From the NCBI GenBank assembly GCA_051294905.1, contig CM119371.1, forward strand, positions 1,490,001-1,554,000: a DNA stretch of 64,000 nucleotides. The letters run 5' to 3'. The notes beneath the pieces were generated by a model. It was not told the DNA's origin. It was given only the letters and a program-made list of their open reading frames with translations, and did not search any database. Position 1 is the stretch's first letter. Each line of letters opens with the position of its first letter. This document shows, one piece after another, positions 40,524 through 54,055 of this stretch. This DNA is from Botryllus schlosseri (Eukaryota). A program made the translations under genes and the position numbers.

Positions 40524-40713
40524 CTTGTAAAACTTTCAATTCAGTATCGAGATCATTTACAATGTTCTGGACTTTCTGCAATTCGTCTCCTTTTAACATA
40601 TTATCTTCTTGGTTGTACATCAATGTTACTTTCTTCAAATTAGAGTTGTTGATGAGAGACGAAATGTCATCGAGTGAAGCAGGGTACAATAATATGCATC
40701 GGATATATTCGAT
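40524..40713 (-). CDS. Internal exon (190 nt, phase 0 to 1), LRR-like
   Basis: ctgcag / gtgagt. IEYIRCILLYPASLDDISSLINNSNLKKVTLMYN..LQKVQNIVNDLDTELKVLQ. Confidence 0.72.
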
Positions 40714-41099
40714 CTGCAGTGAGAAATTATAACTAATATTATTGTGAGTTACAATGATGCTTACCACTATTGTTGACCATGTCACCAGGGGCCATCATGT
40801 ATTACAATATACTTTGGATCACCAGTTTGGACGGTTTAGTCGGACCTGCTAGGCGATTCTGAAAACAATGGCCGTATTATCCAGCACATATCTAATACAT
40901 GTTGAAATTTTTAGTCGGAAACACTTCCATTCTCTCAAGAAGAAAATGTCGAGCATTTTCTGTTCAGGTCAAATTAAAACCATCCGACCGTGGTGTTGAG
41001 GTTGCACTGTCGTCACCATCAGAAACAAGTCACTGACATGGACACTAATGTTACCATACCTCCTCTTTTTTTACTTTTTTGAAAGTGTTCTAGAAACTC

Positions 41100-42675
41100 T
41101 AAGAGTGTTAAAATTTTTTTCTTCTTCAAATTTCAACGGCTTGCTTGTCAAATAGTCAGGTTACCTAAAAAAGCGTTGCACACCAAATTTGACTCAACTC
41201 CAACTAGTGGAAGACGAGGTCAGTCAAATTGAAATGTTAGTCATTTTTGAAATAATAGTATTTACCGTGACCAATTTCGTCACACAGACATGATCAAAAA
41301 TCGTGTTCCAGGTACGCCCGAAGTGGCAGGGATGTCTTTTTCACTAGGGTGTGGTTTGGATGAAGACATTGCCAGTAAACGAAAAAAATATATGACACGG
41401 ACCACCTGGAAATATAGACATGTCAAAACGATGGTGAGATAATTAACAAAAAGAGTGAGCCTACTTTACACACTGAAATTAACGGCCACGAAAAGAAAAT
41501 GAACTGACAAGCAGGTAAAATCTAGGTAAATATATTTCTCAAGTGATCTATATTCTGTGTCGGTCCAATGTAAATTTCTTCACGATACAATTTGATATTA
41601 TATGATATTTTATTATTTGTTCTGCACCACTCCTACAGTACTATCACAGGCGAATTAGAAGGCTTATGGTCATCGTGACGAATCTTCTTCCTATCAAAAG
41701 TTATCGTCCTCTATTCATGTCATCTTTCTCCTCCATATTCGGTTACTATAATCTAATTGTATTCATATATCGCAATAAAACACCAATGCCCTTTATCACT
41801 CTATGACAAGGGGGTCCTGGTGATATTGAAACACCCAAAACTGACTAATGTGCTTTATCAGCTCATTGGGTTACCATTTGGTTTCCCCGAATCTCACATA
41901 TGTGAAATAAACTCATAAACTCATCAACTCATTAATACTATTCAGTCATAAATACTATTCAGTGGCATAACCCATTCTCAATTGCAATCAGTGCCATTTT
42001 CAACACCCTGGATCAGTCAATGTCAAATAGTAGAGAAATATTTGAACACTGATCTGCTGAGGAATGCAACTGATGTCTCTGTGGATGAGGTTTTGGGAAT
42101 GGCGACTTTGCAATCAGTACAAACTTTGAATCAAAGCAGAGAGTATGCCCTGCATAACTGGGATAGATTTCGTCAGATCTAAATTTGACCGACAAAAAAT
42201 ACTTCATATGACTATAACTTGATAAATATATTTACCTGTATTTTACCTGCTTGTCAGGTCATTTTCTTTTCGTGGTCGTTAATTTTAGTGTGTTAAGTAC
42301 TCTCCATCGTTTTAACATGTATATTTCAATGAAGTGGACCAATTTCCAGGTAATCCGTGTCATATATTTTTGTTCACTGGCGATTTCCTCATTCAAACCA
42401 AACCCTAGGACCTTGTCAAGATCAAAACAAGGAGAAAAGACATCCCTGCCACTTCGGGCATACCTGGAACACGATTTTTGGTCATGGTGGTGTGACGAGA
42501 TTGGTCACCGTAAATAGTATTATTTCAAAAATGACCGAAATTTTAATTGGAGTGACCTCGGCTTCTACTGGTTGGAATTGAGTCAAATTTAGTGTGCAAC
42601 GTTTTTTAGGTAACCTGACGATTTGACAGGTAAGCCGATGAAATTTGAAAAAAAAGTATTTTTTCAACACCCCTA
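41100..42675. mobile_element. TAGGG-family foldback element with ~450-bp inverted arms and a unique internal segment
   Basis: Arms 41100-41545 and ~42215-42675 are reverse complements. Degenerate TSD agaaactc/aggagcac. Confidence 0.8.
41975..42180 (-). pseudogene. Possible decayed kinase exon inside a foldback element
   Basis: LY*LQSRHSQNLIHRDI.. followed, after a frameshift, by VLKMA. Confidence 0.35.
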
Positions 42676-43291
42676 AGGAGCACGCTCAAATGACCTCTTT
42701 TTGAGAATTTGTCCTCTTTTTTGAAAATTTTGTTAAAATATATGTGAAAATTCAACTGAGAAATTGGAAATAAGAACTGAAGTAACAGTCCGGCAGGTCA
42801 TTCGGGAGTTGAGCCAAAAAGGTGACCTTTTTTTATTCAACCAACTAAAAACATGGATTAAATTCACCAATTTTTCCGGTATTGTAAGTATGAATTTTTT
42901 TTAAAAGTTGTCCTTTTCAGATTCCCAAAATATGCTAACCCCAATTGACACTCAATTCCGAGATTACGACTAGCAATTTATTTTTCGTGTAAAACAGGGG
43001 CATGGATTTTGAAGCAATCTTCGGAATCATTTGTCTGGTCCGTCTCGCGGGTGCTCTGCAGGTTTGAATCCGACCCGCGACGCCAGTTGAGTTTGACACC
43101 CCTGCTTTAGATGAGAAAATTACCAGGAATCACGAACCCCGCAACTGCAGTGGATATTTCGGGTATGGAATATAATTTAATTCATGTGACGGGGACTCGT
43201 ACTGTGCGGCAGAATTTAATGATAAACGTGCAATGGTGGGAGAAAATCTTCCATATATCCAATGCAATTAATACTGGATGATAAGTATTAC

Positions 43292-43459
43292 CTTCTTTTG
43301 CTGACAAGCTTCTACCGTCTTCCTGAATTCATCTGCTTTCCTAACGTAAAACATTGCGTGGATATTGACGGGAACGGAAATTGCTCTCCGGCGCTCCAAA
43401 ATTCGATTGTAATTAACATCGGGTATCTGGCCATTCAGAGCAATATCCACGATATCCAA
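43292..43459 (-). CDS. Internal exon (168 nt, phase 0-0)
   Basis: ttttag / gtaata. LDIVDIALNGQ..TVEACQQKK, no stops. Confidence 0.7.
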
Positions 43460-43594
43460 CTAAAATGCGAAAAACAGTTGTTTCAAGACTTTAAGATAGC
43501 TGCCGAAGAGATGATTGGGTTCGAGGTCATATAAAATTATGGGTAAATGTAAATGCGTTTGAAAATACTTTGCGAATCGAATAAGGAATCGTAC

Positions 43595-43672
43595 TTGATA
43601 CTTTCTCCAGCAAGTCTCAATCAAAGACCAGTCGATGTCTTCATCTGTGCAATCGAGCAGGATCTTGCTTAT
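43595..43672 (-). CDS. Internal exon (78 nt, phase 0-0)
   Basis: gttcag / gtacga. ISKILLDCTDEDIDWSLIETCWRKYQ. Confidence 0.62.
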
Positions 43673-45170
43673 CTGAACACAATATTGGTTTCTTTGAGTA
43701 AGATGACATGATTGTTACGATGATCTCCCATTTGAATAATTATTCATATAGTTACAGTACAATAGTTATTAGTATGAATACTTCGATTCTCTATAATGCA
43801 TATACTACATCGATTTTAGTCTCATTCCAGAATATGTTTTTTTTTTAAATCCACTCAGGAATATGATATGCGTTCTACAAACGTATGATATAGAAGATGG
43901 TGCTCAAAGTAGTCATCGTCGGTAGTCAAATAGAAGTAACGCCTTCCATTTCTATTCAAGTTGAGGGAGGAGAAGCAATATGCAGGTAGTAAAATGTGAG
44001 TACTCACTGCTCAAGGTCTAGTTTTGTCTAAAAAATGAAAACTGTTTAATAGAATTAAAAGTACATAAAAAGCATAACCAATTGACAAGAGCCGACTTTT
44101 ATTTTTTACGAGGTGGCGAAGTCTTTTGACGTCGCAATTGTTCCATATCGATGACGTCATTGTCATACTAGAACGCACTTTACTATATGCCGCTTTTCAG
44201 CACACGTTAGGCACGTAGCCAGTCGATAATCAGTTTTTTTTCTTCAAATTTATCAATATAGCATCAATTAAATTCGGGTCAAGTACATGTGTAAATGGCG
44301 ATCATATGGTCTCTTCGTAATGACGATTTTAGGCGTATGATAAGCATGCCAAAGAGTCCGGGAGTGCTGTCAATTAGCGAGTCCCTATGATCTCAAGCCA
44401 TGATACACATCTTTTGATCGTTACGTTCAAGTATTAGCGGGAATCAATTGCGCACGGTAAAGTCTGTTCGCAGCGATTCGATGTTATTCAGTTTCGCGAT
44501 ATCGCTTTTTAATCAATATGTCAAAACCATCACTAATAGCGCAGCGAGTGATAGGAGCCAAAGCATACACAATTAGGCAGCAATGATATCTTTTGCCCCA
44601 GGCCTATTGAAGATGCTATTGTGTAGGCCATCGATGATACCGTGCAGGCCAGGCCGAAACCACCATTGCACATCTGATTGTGCGGCAAGCAATGATATAG
44701 TGTTAACTGGGCCTATTACAGATGCGATCATTCAAGCCTGCGGAACCAGGCTTGTTCGAGACGCGATAAATCGGGCTAGCAACGATTGCCATGCGCACGG
44801 GACTGAATAAACTAATTTCGCGACCATCTCAGCAGGAGAACATTGCTGACTCTTCTCGCTAATTGACAACACGCTTCGCGCAAATCTGCAACTGAATATT
44901 AGAGTCAGATCATTTCTAAATGACGGAGTTTCGGCGTTTCAAATAGTTGGGTTCAACCCCCTGTGGCTATGCGCTGGCAAACGCACGTTATCGAAATGGA
45001 AGATGTCTCTAACGAGGTCGCATCGAATTACTGGTCACAAATCACGTAGGCGTTTAAGCATTTTGTACGAGGTGGTCAACTAGAGAATAAAAAAGGTCAA
45101 CATTCGCTCAGCTCCCGTATGGTATGGTAACCCGACGTATGGTAACCCTATGTAAAAGAACTGCTCATTG

Positions 45171-47352
45171 AAAAAAAGAAAAATTTGAATTTCAAAAAGT
45201 GCCTTTGATATTTGGTCCCAAATCTCAAATGAATTACTTCTATCATGATTTCAGGTTCTTGCACCCTCTAGTGGCCGTGCAATTTCACCGGACGAGCCGA
45301 AAAGCTGCAGATGCAACATGTTTCTATCTCACTTCCATAGAACTTTGTTTTGAAAATGTACAGAAAAAAGTTACATGCAAATTACTGATTTTTAGACCGC
45401 CATTAAAAGGTTGGTGGGTTTTACCTAGGTTGCAATGCCAATTTGCATGTTACAATTTGTTACATTGCTGCTTTAACAACAAAATCTTGTTTGGTGGACC
45501 AATGAGTTGATTTTTATACCTACCGGGTATGATTTTGATCAGTAGAGAGAATGATAGAACTTTCATGATATTACATCATCACAAACCTTTATGATATGAA
45601 GTTGGTGAAAAGGGTATCTTCCTGTTCAACTCTACATCAAGCGATAGGCCAAGATTGTTGAAAAACTGAATCAGTTGCAGTAAATCAGCTATATAATTTG
45701 TAATTGATGTATGTTTTGTTGAAAATGATGAGATCACTTGATACATTGTTAAACTGTTTTATATATTATACATATTGTTCAAGCTGCTGTACTCATGTTT
45801 GGAATATTCTGGAACTTTCATAGTCAACCTCAAGTCTCCCAGTAGAAGTGATGATAACTCATTTTGAAAGTGTTCTGGTTTCTGGTGTATCTTGGAGTTT
45901 ATCTTATAATACTCTGGTATATTGGTGTTAAGACTGACTCTTTCATGTGTAGTATCAAAGGCCACTGCCTGTATGAAAAGGTCTCTGGAATATACTTTGC
46001 TACGTGTGTGAACTGAACTGACATTGTCTAGTATAAGTACAGATTCAGAATTTCATCATGTTCTACTTATAGCAGATTGTGGTTTATCATATGTACAAGT
46101 ACTGCAAGTAATTGACATATTGTTATCAAGAAAAAGATCCAGGTCTGTTGTTGCTTGCAATAAGTTGCACTGTGGAGAAACTTTTCAAAGTGTTGATGGT
46201 TTTCCTTCTCGAACACTTCAAACTAAAGACAGTTAAATATAGTTGTTTGATCACAACTAAAGTGATCAAAGTTGAGCATACCTTCATTCACTTGTCCTTT
46301 AGTCGGAAGTATTCCAGAAGGAAAACCATCAACACTTCGAAAAGCTTCTCCACAGTGCAACTTCTTGCAAGCAACAGAAGATTTGGATGTTTTTCTTGTT
46401 AACATTATGTCAATTACTTGTAATACTTGTACATATGATAAACCACAATCTGCTATAAGTAGAACATGGTGAAATTCTGAATCTGTACTTATACTAGACA
46501 ATGTCAGTTCAATTCACACACATAGCAAAGTATATTACAGCAACCTGTTCTGTTCATTCAGCCAGCGGCCTATGACACTGCACAGTGCTCAAGGAGGAGA
46601 TAGTTTTAATGCAGATATTACAGATAATTATATGATCAACTCCAAGATAAACCAGAATATGTATAATATATAAAACAATTTACAATGTCTCAAGTGTTAT
46701 GGAAAATCATCATTTTCAACAAAACATGCAGGTATGAGGTATATAGGCTAAATTATATAGCTGATTTACTGTAACTGATTCACAGTTTGAACCATCTATG
46801 CCTATCGTTTGTTGTAGAGTTGAACGGAAGATACCCGTTCCACCAAGCTCATGACATAAAGGTTTGTGATGATGTAATATGATAAAAGTTCAATCATTCT
46901 CTATTCTTCATCCAAATTATGCTAGGCTGATATATAAATCAACTCGTAGGTCAATTGATACGCCCTGCCAAACAAGATTTTGTTATTAAAGTTCTAATGT
47001 AACAAATTGTAACATGCAAATTATCATTGCAAACTTGGTAAAACCAGCCGACATTTTGAATGGCGGTCTAAAAATCAATGATTTGCTTGTAACTTTTTTC
47101 TGTACATTTTCAAGACAAAGTTCTATGGAAATGAGATAGAAACATGTTGCTTCCACAGATTTTAAGCCAAAAACTAGCCTTCAAGCATAAGCGGTTATTA
47201 GGATATGGCAAAATTAGCTATTTTTGGCTCGTTCGGTGAAATTGCACGACCACTAGAGGGTGCAGAAACCTGAAATGATGATAGAAGTAATTCATTTGAG
47301 ATTTGAGACCAAATATCAGCGACACTTTTTGAAATTCAAATTTTTCTTTTTT
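45171..47352. repeat. Diverged inverted duplication (~1.06-kb arms, ~60-bp spacer)
   Basis: 45171-46230 is the reverse complement of ~46293-47352. ORFs 46024+ and 46501- have near-identical translations. Indels differ between the arms. Confidence 0.9.
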
Positions 47353-47627
47353 TTCACTTCTCCCTACACTCAAGTAGAACTGGAAGTAGTCAAAATCATT
47401 GCCGCTTGAGTAAGTATGCAAAATTTATTTCAGTATTCTGGAGAAGTACTGGTTTGCTAACTACATCTATTATGGAGTCACTTTCATATTTCCAGAATAC
47501 ATGGTTAATATGACAATTTCACTCATAACAGAAAGATGAACATTTGCGGAAGTACTGTAAGTGAGAAAACTTTATTAACCACATCCATCAAAAAACTACT
47601 TCTCAGAGTGCAAAATAGGTTTACGTA

Positions 47628-49775
47628 CCGTAATTTTCCATGTATAATGCGCAAAATTTTCACGTTTTTTGCCCTGGAATAGGGGGGTGCGTATTATACA
47701 TGGGTACAACAAGCCTTGAAAAAAATCTCCCTCGATAAAAAACTTGAAATCACACTTTTCTTCATGTTTGTTTCCAATCGCATATCACTTCCAGCCATCG
47801 CGCACATTAATTCGTATTATAGAGTGTAACGCGCAGCCAATTAGCGGGAAGCGTGTTGCCAATGAACGAGAGTCGTGTACAAAAGGACGCGATCTCCCGC
47901 TGAGTTGGTTTGCCGTTTGTACGCGAGCGAAAGTAAGTCAGTCATAGACACTAACGCGCGGCAATTCTCGCTAATTCATCGCGTCAACGACATGCCCAAA
48001 CAATCGCATATACGTATACAAGAGGCCATGTGCACAAGATATAATCGCTTGCGTAATCGCATCTCCAACAGACCTGGTGCGCATGACATAACCGTTAGCC
48101 CGAGCACTCGCATCATGCGCAAGATGTCGGTTCGTTGGCCTACACCATCTCGCCGCCGGCCTCTAAGGCTTTGGCTGCTCTCTACTATCGTTTAGAGCAG
48201 TGCTCTTCAACCGGGGTTGTCGTAAACCCCAGGGTGTACCAGAATTTGCAAAGAGTGTATCACTCGGATTGGGTGTACAGGGGTGTACCAGATCCTAATT
48301 ACAATGAGCCGAAGGCTAGCTATCACAAAGGCAGGTTCATGGGTCAGTACAGTTTGACGCACAGGTTAATGAGCATGGTACGATGTTATCTCAAGTGTAA
48401 TACTGTACACCGTTTGATTGTGATGTTATAAACACAAATTTCTCGTATTCATTTAGCCGTCGGCAATAGACCAATGGTTCCGTTTGGTGTTGGAAAGTAT
48501 GCAGGTAACAAACATGTGTTCAGCTAGTCATTTTTCTTTAGTGATTTTTGAGGAAACCGCCGCGATAGCTCAGACTTCTTGAATCGGTACTTCATACCCG
48601 ACATTAATAAATACCGCAATGCACATAAATGAAGTGACGAAGCCAGCCAGGGTCGAAACAGCATCCATGATGAAATCGAAACCCTTTTGTTTTAAAATGC
48701 CGATTTTATGTCCAATATTTCGCCATACATTTGCAATTTAATATTTTGTTATTAGTGATGCAAATTAGCGACAATAGACTGTGTATAGCGACATACAATC
48801 TGAGGTTGCTGACATCTTTTGCAGCCCATGTGCTACTATCGACTGTGTGTGGTGTGGGGCAGGCCTGATACGCAGCAGGCTGGTGCGTCTGCTATCATCG
48901 CTGATCTGAATTACCGCTTCTGCAGCAGTAGCATTACCTACTCTGTCCCCAATACTGTTACATTTAGGTTGATTATCGTTCGTAATGTCATGCTGTTTTT
49001 GGGCTGACACGAAATAAATTCCAATTTGCGTGACAGGCGGCCTAACTGGCGGCGAATAGACTCTGTGACCAAATACTATTTTATTCAAATCCAAATTTTT
49101 GGACGGCAATAACTCCGCTTCTACTGGTTGGAATTGAACCAAATTTGAAGAACATCGTTTTTATAGACAACCTAATACTTTCATCGGGTGAACAGAAAAA
49201 TTTCAAATTTGTCGTTATTTATTTTTCCCGTAGCAATGCGGCTATACTGGTTGGAATCGAACCAAATTTGGTGTGTAGGCTTAAATTAGGTAACCTAACA
49301 ATTTTATCAAGTAGCCAGTACGATTTGAGAAAAAAGTCATTTTTGAAGACCCATAACGAACAGGGGTGTACGAGTTTTGAGCAAACGTTAAAAGGGTGTA
49401 CCACTCCGAAAAAGGTTGAAGAGCACTGGTTTAGAGACAATGCCGTTAATTGTATAATGATTAGCAATCGCATCTGTAATAGGTCTCGTGTCGTTGGCCG
49501 GAACTATCTCGCCGCCGGCCTCGTAGGCTTTGGCTGCTATCTAGTATCGTTTAAACACAATCCCGTAATTGCATAATGATTTGCGATCGTTATGTCATGA
49601 TTGTTCAACAGTGACATCGCAAAGCAGAATGACATCGTGTACTAAATCGGAACTATTCATGTAGTGAAATGCAGGATGCGTACTATACATGGGTATAGGG
49701 TTTTTCCCAGAATTTGCATGCTATTTTAGGGGTGCGTAATATACATGGGGGCGTACTATACTTGGAAAATTACGG
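47628..49775. mobile_element. Non-autonomous Tc1/mariner-type element hosting nested insertions
   Basis: TIR ccgtaattttcca / tggaaaattacgg flanked by TA. Another copy begins at ~25916. Confidence 0.82.
48198..49428. mobile_element. Non-autonomous hAT element
   Basis: TIR cagtgctcttcaacc / ggttgaagagcactg. Perfect TSD gtttagag (48190-48197 / 49429-49436). Confidence 0.92.
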
Positions 49776-50050
49776 TAATTACATTACTAGCAAATTGGTT
49801 TCGATTTTAAGTTACTACCATTTCTACTCGAACAGCTTTTTCGCAAATACACATACTTTTCACGAATTGGATTTATAAAAGAAGAGATTCAAAGTAACCA
49901 CCAGCCCACCACTGATATACTGGTCGGCGAAACATTGAGTAAAAATACTTTTAAAAACTTTTTACTTGAGCACTTCCCCAGCCTTACATTCTCTACTTTA
50001 ACAGGTATTTTAAGATGTAATTCTACTTGGAATTGTGTATAAATTCAAAC

Positions 50051-50218
50051 CATTACTTCTGCTTGGACTTCATTAGCGACACTGACAACATTAACCAGTT
50101 CTGTACATACTCCAGACCGACTCGCAATATTATTAACGCATGTTGAGTAGAAATTGACAGCACACGTTATAAATTGACACTTGCATTCTCTTATTACTAA
50201 AAATATCGAATTCGATAT
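50051..50218 (-). CDS. Candidate internal exon (168 nt, phase 0-0)
   Basis: Weak sites (acaag / gtttga). ISNSIFLVIREC..EVQAEVM is open and the same length as 43292-43459. Confidence 0.45.
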
Positions 50219-50553
50219 CTTGTAAGATTTTTGCATTATATGCTCTTATTAAAACAAGACCAGATCCACTGTACTGAAATTGCAGCATCGAGTCATGAAA
50301 TGATGCCTTGAACCCCAAAAACCAATTGGCCACCTGCACACTACCCAACCATAATTATTATGAATTCAAGCGAGCACAAGAAACCGGTCAGTTAATTATT
50401 TTTGTCAGATATTTAGGTATTGATTACTGGATTACATACTGTAAGATGAAGTATGTCTGAAAGTAGAAGCAAATCAAATAGTCGAATCGGTCAACCGTGA
50501 TTCAAAATATGAAACTAAATAAATAGCATAAGAAAAATATATCTGTAACTGAC

Positions 50554-50703
50554 TTTTTCTACTTTATACTCTGATAACTCCCGCAAACAAGCCTGCTTGA
50601 CGTACAGTTCTTCAATCAATTTGACAAATTCTGCATCAAAAAGGTTGATCAAATATTCCACTTCTACGAGGAAACAAACCGTTTTGAATAATAGAGTGGA
50701 ATC
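50554..50703 (-). CDS. Internal exon (150 nt, phase 0-0)
   Basis: ttttcgcag / gtcagt. DSTLLFKTVCF..KLIEELYVKQACLRELSEYKVEK. Confidence 0.6.
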
Positions 50704-52162
50704 CTGCGAAAATAAAGTGTTGCGAGTTAGGTCACAATCCACCAACAAGAAGCCCTAAGATATATGTATGACTGAAGAATTTTATTACCAAAATTCAAAA
50801 GAAACATCAGTGACTTGCAAACAGATAAATCAAAGTCCAGAAGAAAAATTATGCCAACCACTCACACTGTAAGAGTTAAATACGATGCCGGTTGAGCCCG
50901 CAGTAGCCTTCGAAAATTGTCAATTTGGCACGTCGCCCAGGAAAAATAATGGTCGTACAGAGTTCTCAAACATAATCTCAATTAGAAAGCACAACGGAAT
51001 GTACAGCGTAGGTAACACACGCTAAGAAATTACCTCAATGAAAAAACAATCAAGGAATCAAGCCAGTCAGATCGGTTTCGGCGTGCGGATCGTACGATCA
51101 CTCGGCTTTACAATAGTGACTACTACTGGCTACGCGAAATCACCGTGTTATAAGAGCATAGCTTCTCAAACGAGTCGCCTGAAATTGCGCACAGGAACCA
51201 CGTAACAGCTACATGCATTATATTGACCAAAACTTTTAGGAAATATATTAGTCCGTTCTATCTATCTATTTTGCGCCGAGCATGACGAAATTTTGAACCC
51301 GAAACTGAATTTCTTCGTCTTGGTCTCTCTCTCCCTCTCTCTTTTTTGAAGTACATATCACGTCTACTTGAAAATTTGTGATATCGAAAAGTAAGTTAGT
51401 AGGTATCGAAAATCGAAATATGACAGAGTACAAGTAGAAGTAGAGTGTCGGAATATTGGCTTTACTTGTTCAAGTACTACAAGTACGGGGGTACTTGAGT
51501 ACTTTGGAAAAGTAGAGGTACTTGGCCATTGACAAATTCTGGGTTTGAATTAATGGAATATTTAAATTCGCTTCCACTCTTAATCACCGCATCATTGTAT
51601 TGGTAATAAAGTTGAATAACGTTAGATTCAAGGTTATTTGATTTGATTAAACTAAGCTATTCAATTCCAAATCGCATCCCTTACAATGGTGTTTTACATA
51701 AATCAAAGCAGAACTGTGTCCAGAATAGACCTTGAATGTTCCACCCCCACCACAGAATATTTCAGTGCAAGATTTCGAAATATTTCAAGAAGATGGCTTG
51801 CCTGTTCAAAACAACGAAGGGTAAAAGCCCCATCCTTTGATTTTTAATCGATGTGATCTAAAATCCCGAATGAAATTGAAAATTAAAGCACAGTGACGAC
51901 AAAATATCTTTAAATTCAGCAGGAAAGAAAATTACTTAAGAAATTAGCACAAGCTGTAAGCTTACTGTTCCCTACAAAATTATCGGGTCTTCAAAACGCT
52001 CATAATTATCTCATCAGCTACAGCTTGGCTATACTACACTGTGAGGTCATCGCTTCACGTGCCTAGCGTTGTTCACAGTTTCGTGCATGTGCAATGAGCG
52101 AAAGTTCAATCCAATCATTAATACGGGCTTAATATCAAAGTAGAATCATCTTGATATCAAAC

Positions 52163-52282
52163 CTTTATGTTGAAGTGCCCGTCAATATTCTTGAAAGTAA
52201 TTATGCGGCTTCCACTTATCTTGATGACATCTTCTTCGTTCTTCAATTCAATCCAGTCTTCTCGTACAGTTAGCTTGACAAC
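52163..52282 (-). CDS. Candidate internal exon (120 nt, phase 0-0)
   Basis: tgaag / gtttga. VVKLTVREDWIELKNEEDVIKISGSRIITFKNIDGHFNIK. Confidence 0.5.
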
Positions 52283-52406
52283 CTTCAAATATTGTTCAGA
52301 GTTGAAACTCAAGATCGTGCATTTTATCGATCATCCACCAAATATCGTGACGTCATATCGCACATACAGTGACGAACGAAGTATCACAGATCATTACGTG
52401 TTATAC

Positions 52407-52700
52407 GTCGTCCACACGGGTCACTGATTTTACCGGCGTTTCTGTCGGTGGCGGCATTTTGGGACATTTGCGACTCGAAATCTCCGCAAACAATCGTTTG
52501 TATGAGGCAAGAAGTATTATCGAAATCAGGAGAAAAAACTCTACGAATTGAGACAATGACACTTTGGTCAATCTAGTTGATCTTAAAAGCAAATCGTAAG
52601 CACCCGAAACCGTATTCCAGTATTTACACGAATTCAGTGTGAATTTCGTCTTTTGATCCGAACGCGAAATTGGACAGTTTCCTAGTGTGAGCATGTAAAT
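52407..52700 (-). CDS. Candidate exon(s), internal structure unresolved
   Basis: attcag acceptor, then IYMLTLGNCPI.. (LRR-like). Open to a gtataa donor at 52406, but may contain a short intron. Confidence 0.35.
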
Positions 52701-53259
52701 CTGAATTACTTCATGGACATCATATTGACTCCTATATTACAAGGGAAACAAAACGTTTTTTTTAGTCAAAAACGCTGTTATGTTCAGTAAAAACTTTTTC
52801 GATGCGCACTTTGTTGTTAAGGACTGGTAATTATCTGTTGCGAACCGACAATGTCTACATGCGCACTCCAGAATTCTGACGATGCTAGTAATGCTTCTTG
52901 TTACTCACGCTGTGCATTTTTTAGCGGCACGGGGCGTTCGATTATGTAAATGCGACATAATTTGTCAAAATATTGATGCACAATTCGATCATCGCCAGCC
53001 TGACCGGTATCGATCACACCAATATCAAATTTCATTACGTTGCATTCATTTCACTCATTCTCAATGTAGTAGAAAGCGTGTTTTTGTTGACGAGGTTGTG
53101 ACGTTACCTCAGTTCTCTTATTGTTGCCACTACGCAACATAATCCACCATTTCACTAAATTCGATTACATAGCTCGATATTAATGACACAGTGCGGATGA
53201 TAAAGCATCATATCAGTGGGTAAATACTTTGAGGCTTCGGGATGAATGCAGATTTCACT

Positions 53260-54055
53260 GGCTATGTGATAAAATTGTTAGGTTGGTTAAAAGAACGCTG
53301 TAAACCAGTTGAAGCGAGATTCTTGCTGTAGAAAATTTTGAATTATTCAATAAAAAAAGAATTCAAAGTTTTCTGTCAACCCCATAAAATTGTTAGGCAA
53401 TCAGTAGAGATGATGCACACCAAATTTGGCTCAATTCCAACCGCTCGGAGCGAAGTTATTGCCGTAGTAAAATTTACGATTCAATGATTTTATAATAAAT
53501 AATTATAGCTTTCAATACAACATCCATTGCAGTACAATATTTAAACTCAAATACTTTTCGGTTGCCTCTTTTTAAGAGTTAAAGGTACACTAAATGGATT
53601 TAAGCGGATTTAGAAGCAAAACCAAATCTGTTCAATTCCCTTCAGTGTGCCGTTAACTTTTGTAAAGAGGCACCCGGAAAGTCGTCGAGTAAATAAATAT
53701 TCTACTACAATGGATGTTGTATTGAAAGCTATATTCAAGTTATGTACGGCGAATCTGATATTCAAACAAATAATTGATGAGTTTGCCACCGTAAAAGCTA
53801 ATTTATTGGAATCCAACTTTTTCTACTGCAATAACTTCGCTTCTAGCGGTTTGAATTGAGCCAATTATGGTGTGCCTCGTCCCTGCTGACAGCTTAACAA
53901 TTTCACGAGGTTGACAGAAAAATTTTGAATTTTTTTTTGTCATTTCTGAATGACAAATCCAAAACTTTCTACTGCTAGAAAATCGCTTCTACTGGTTGCA
54001 ATAGACCCAAAGTTGATGTGAAGCATTGTTTTCGCCAACCTAACAATTTCATAAC
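53260..54055. mobile_element. Imperfect ~800-bp palindromic MITE of the same family
   Basis: 53270-53610 is the reverse complement of 53625-54052. The core also occurs at ~35965-36085. Confidence 0.72.
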
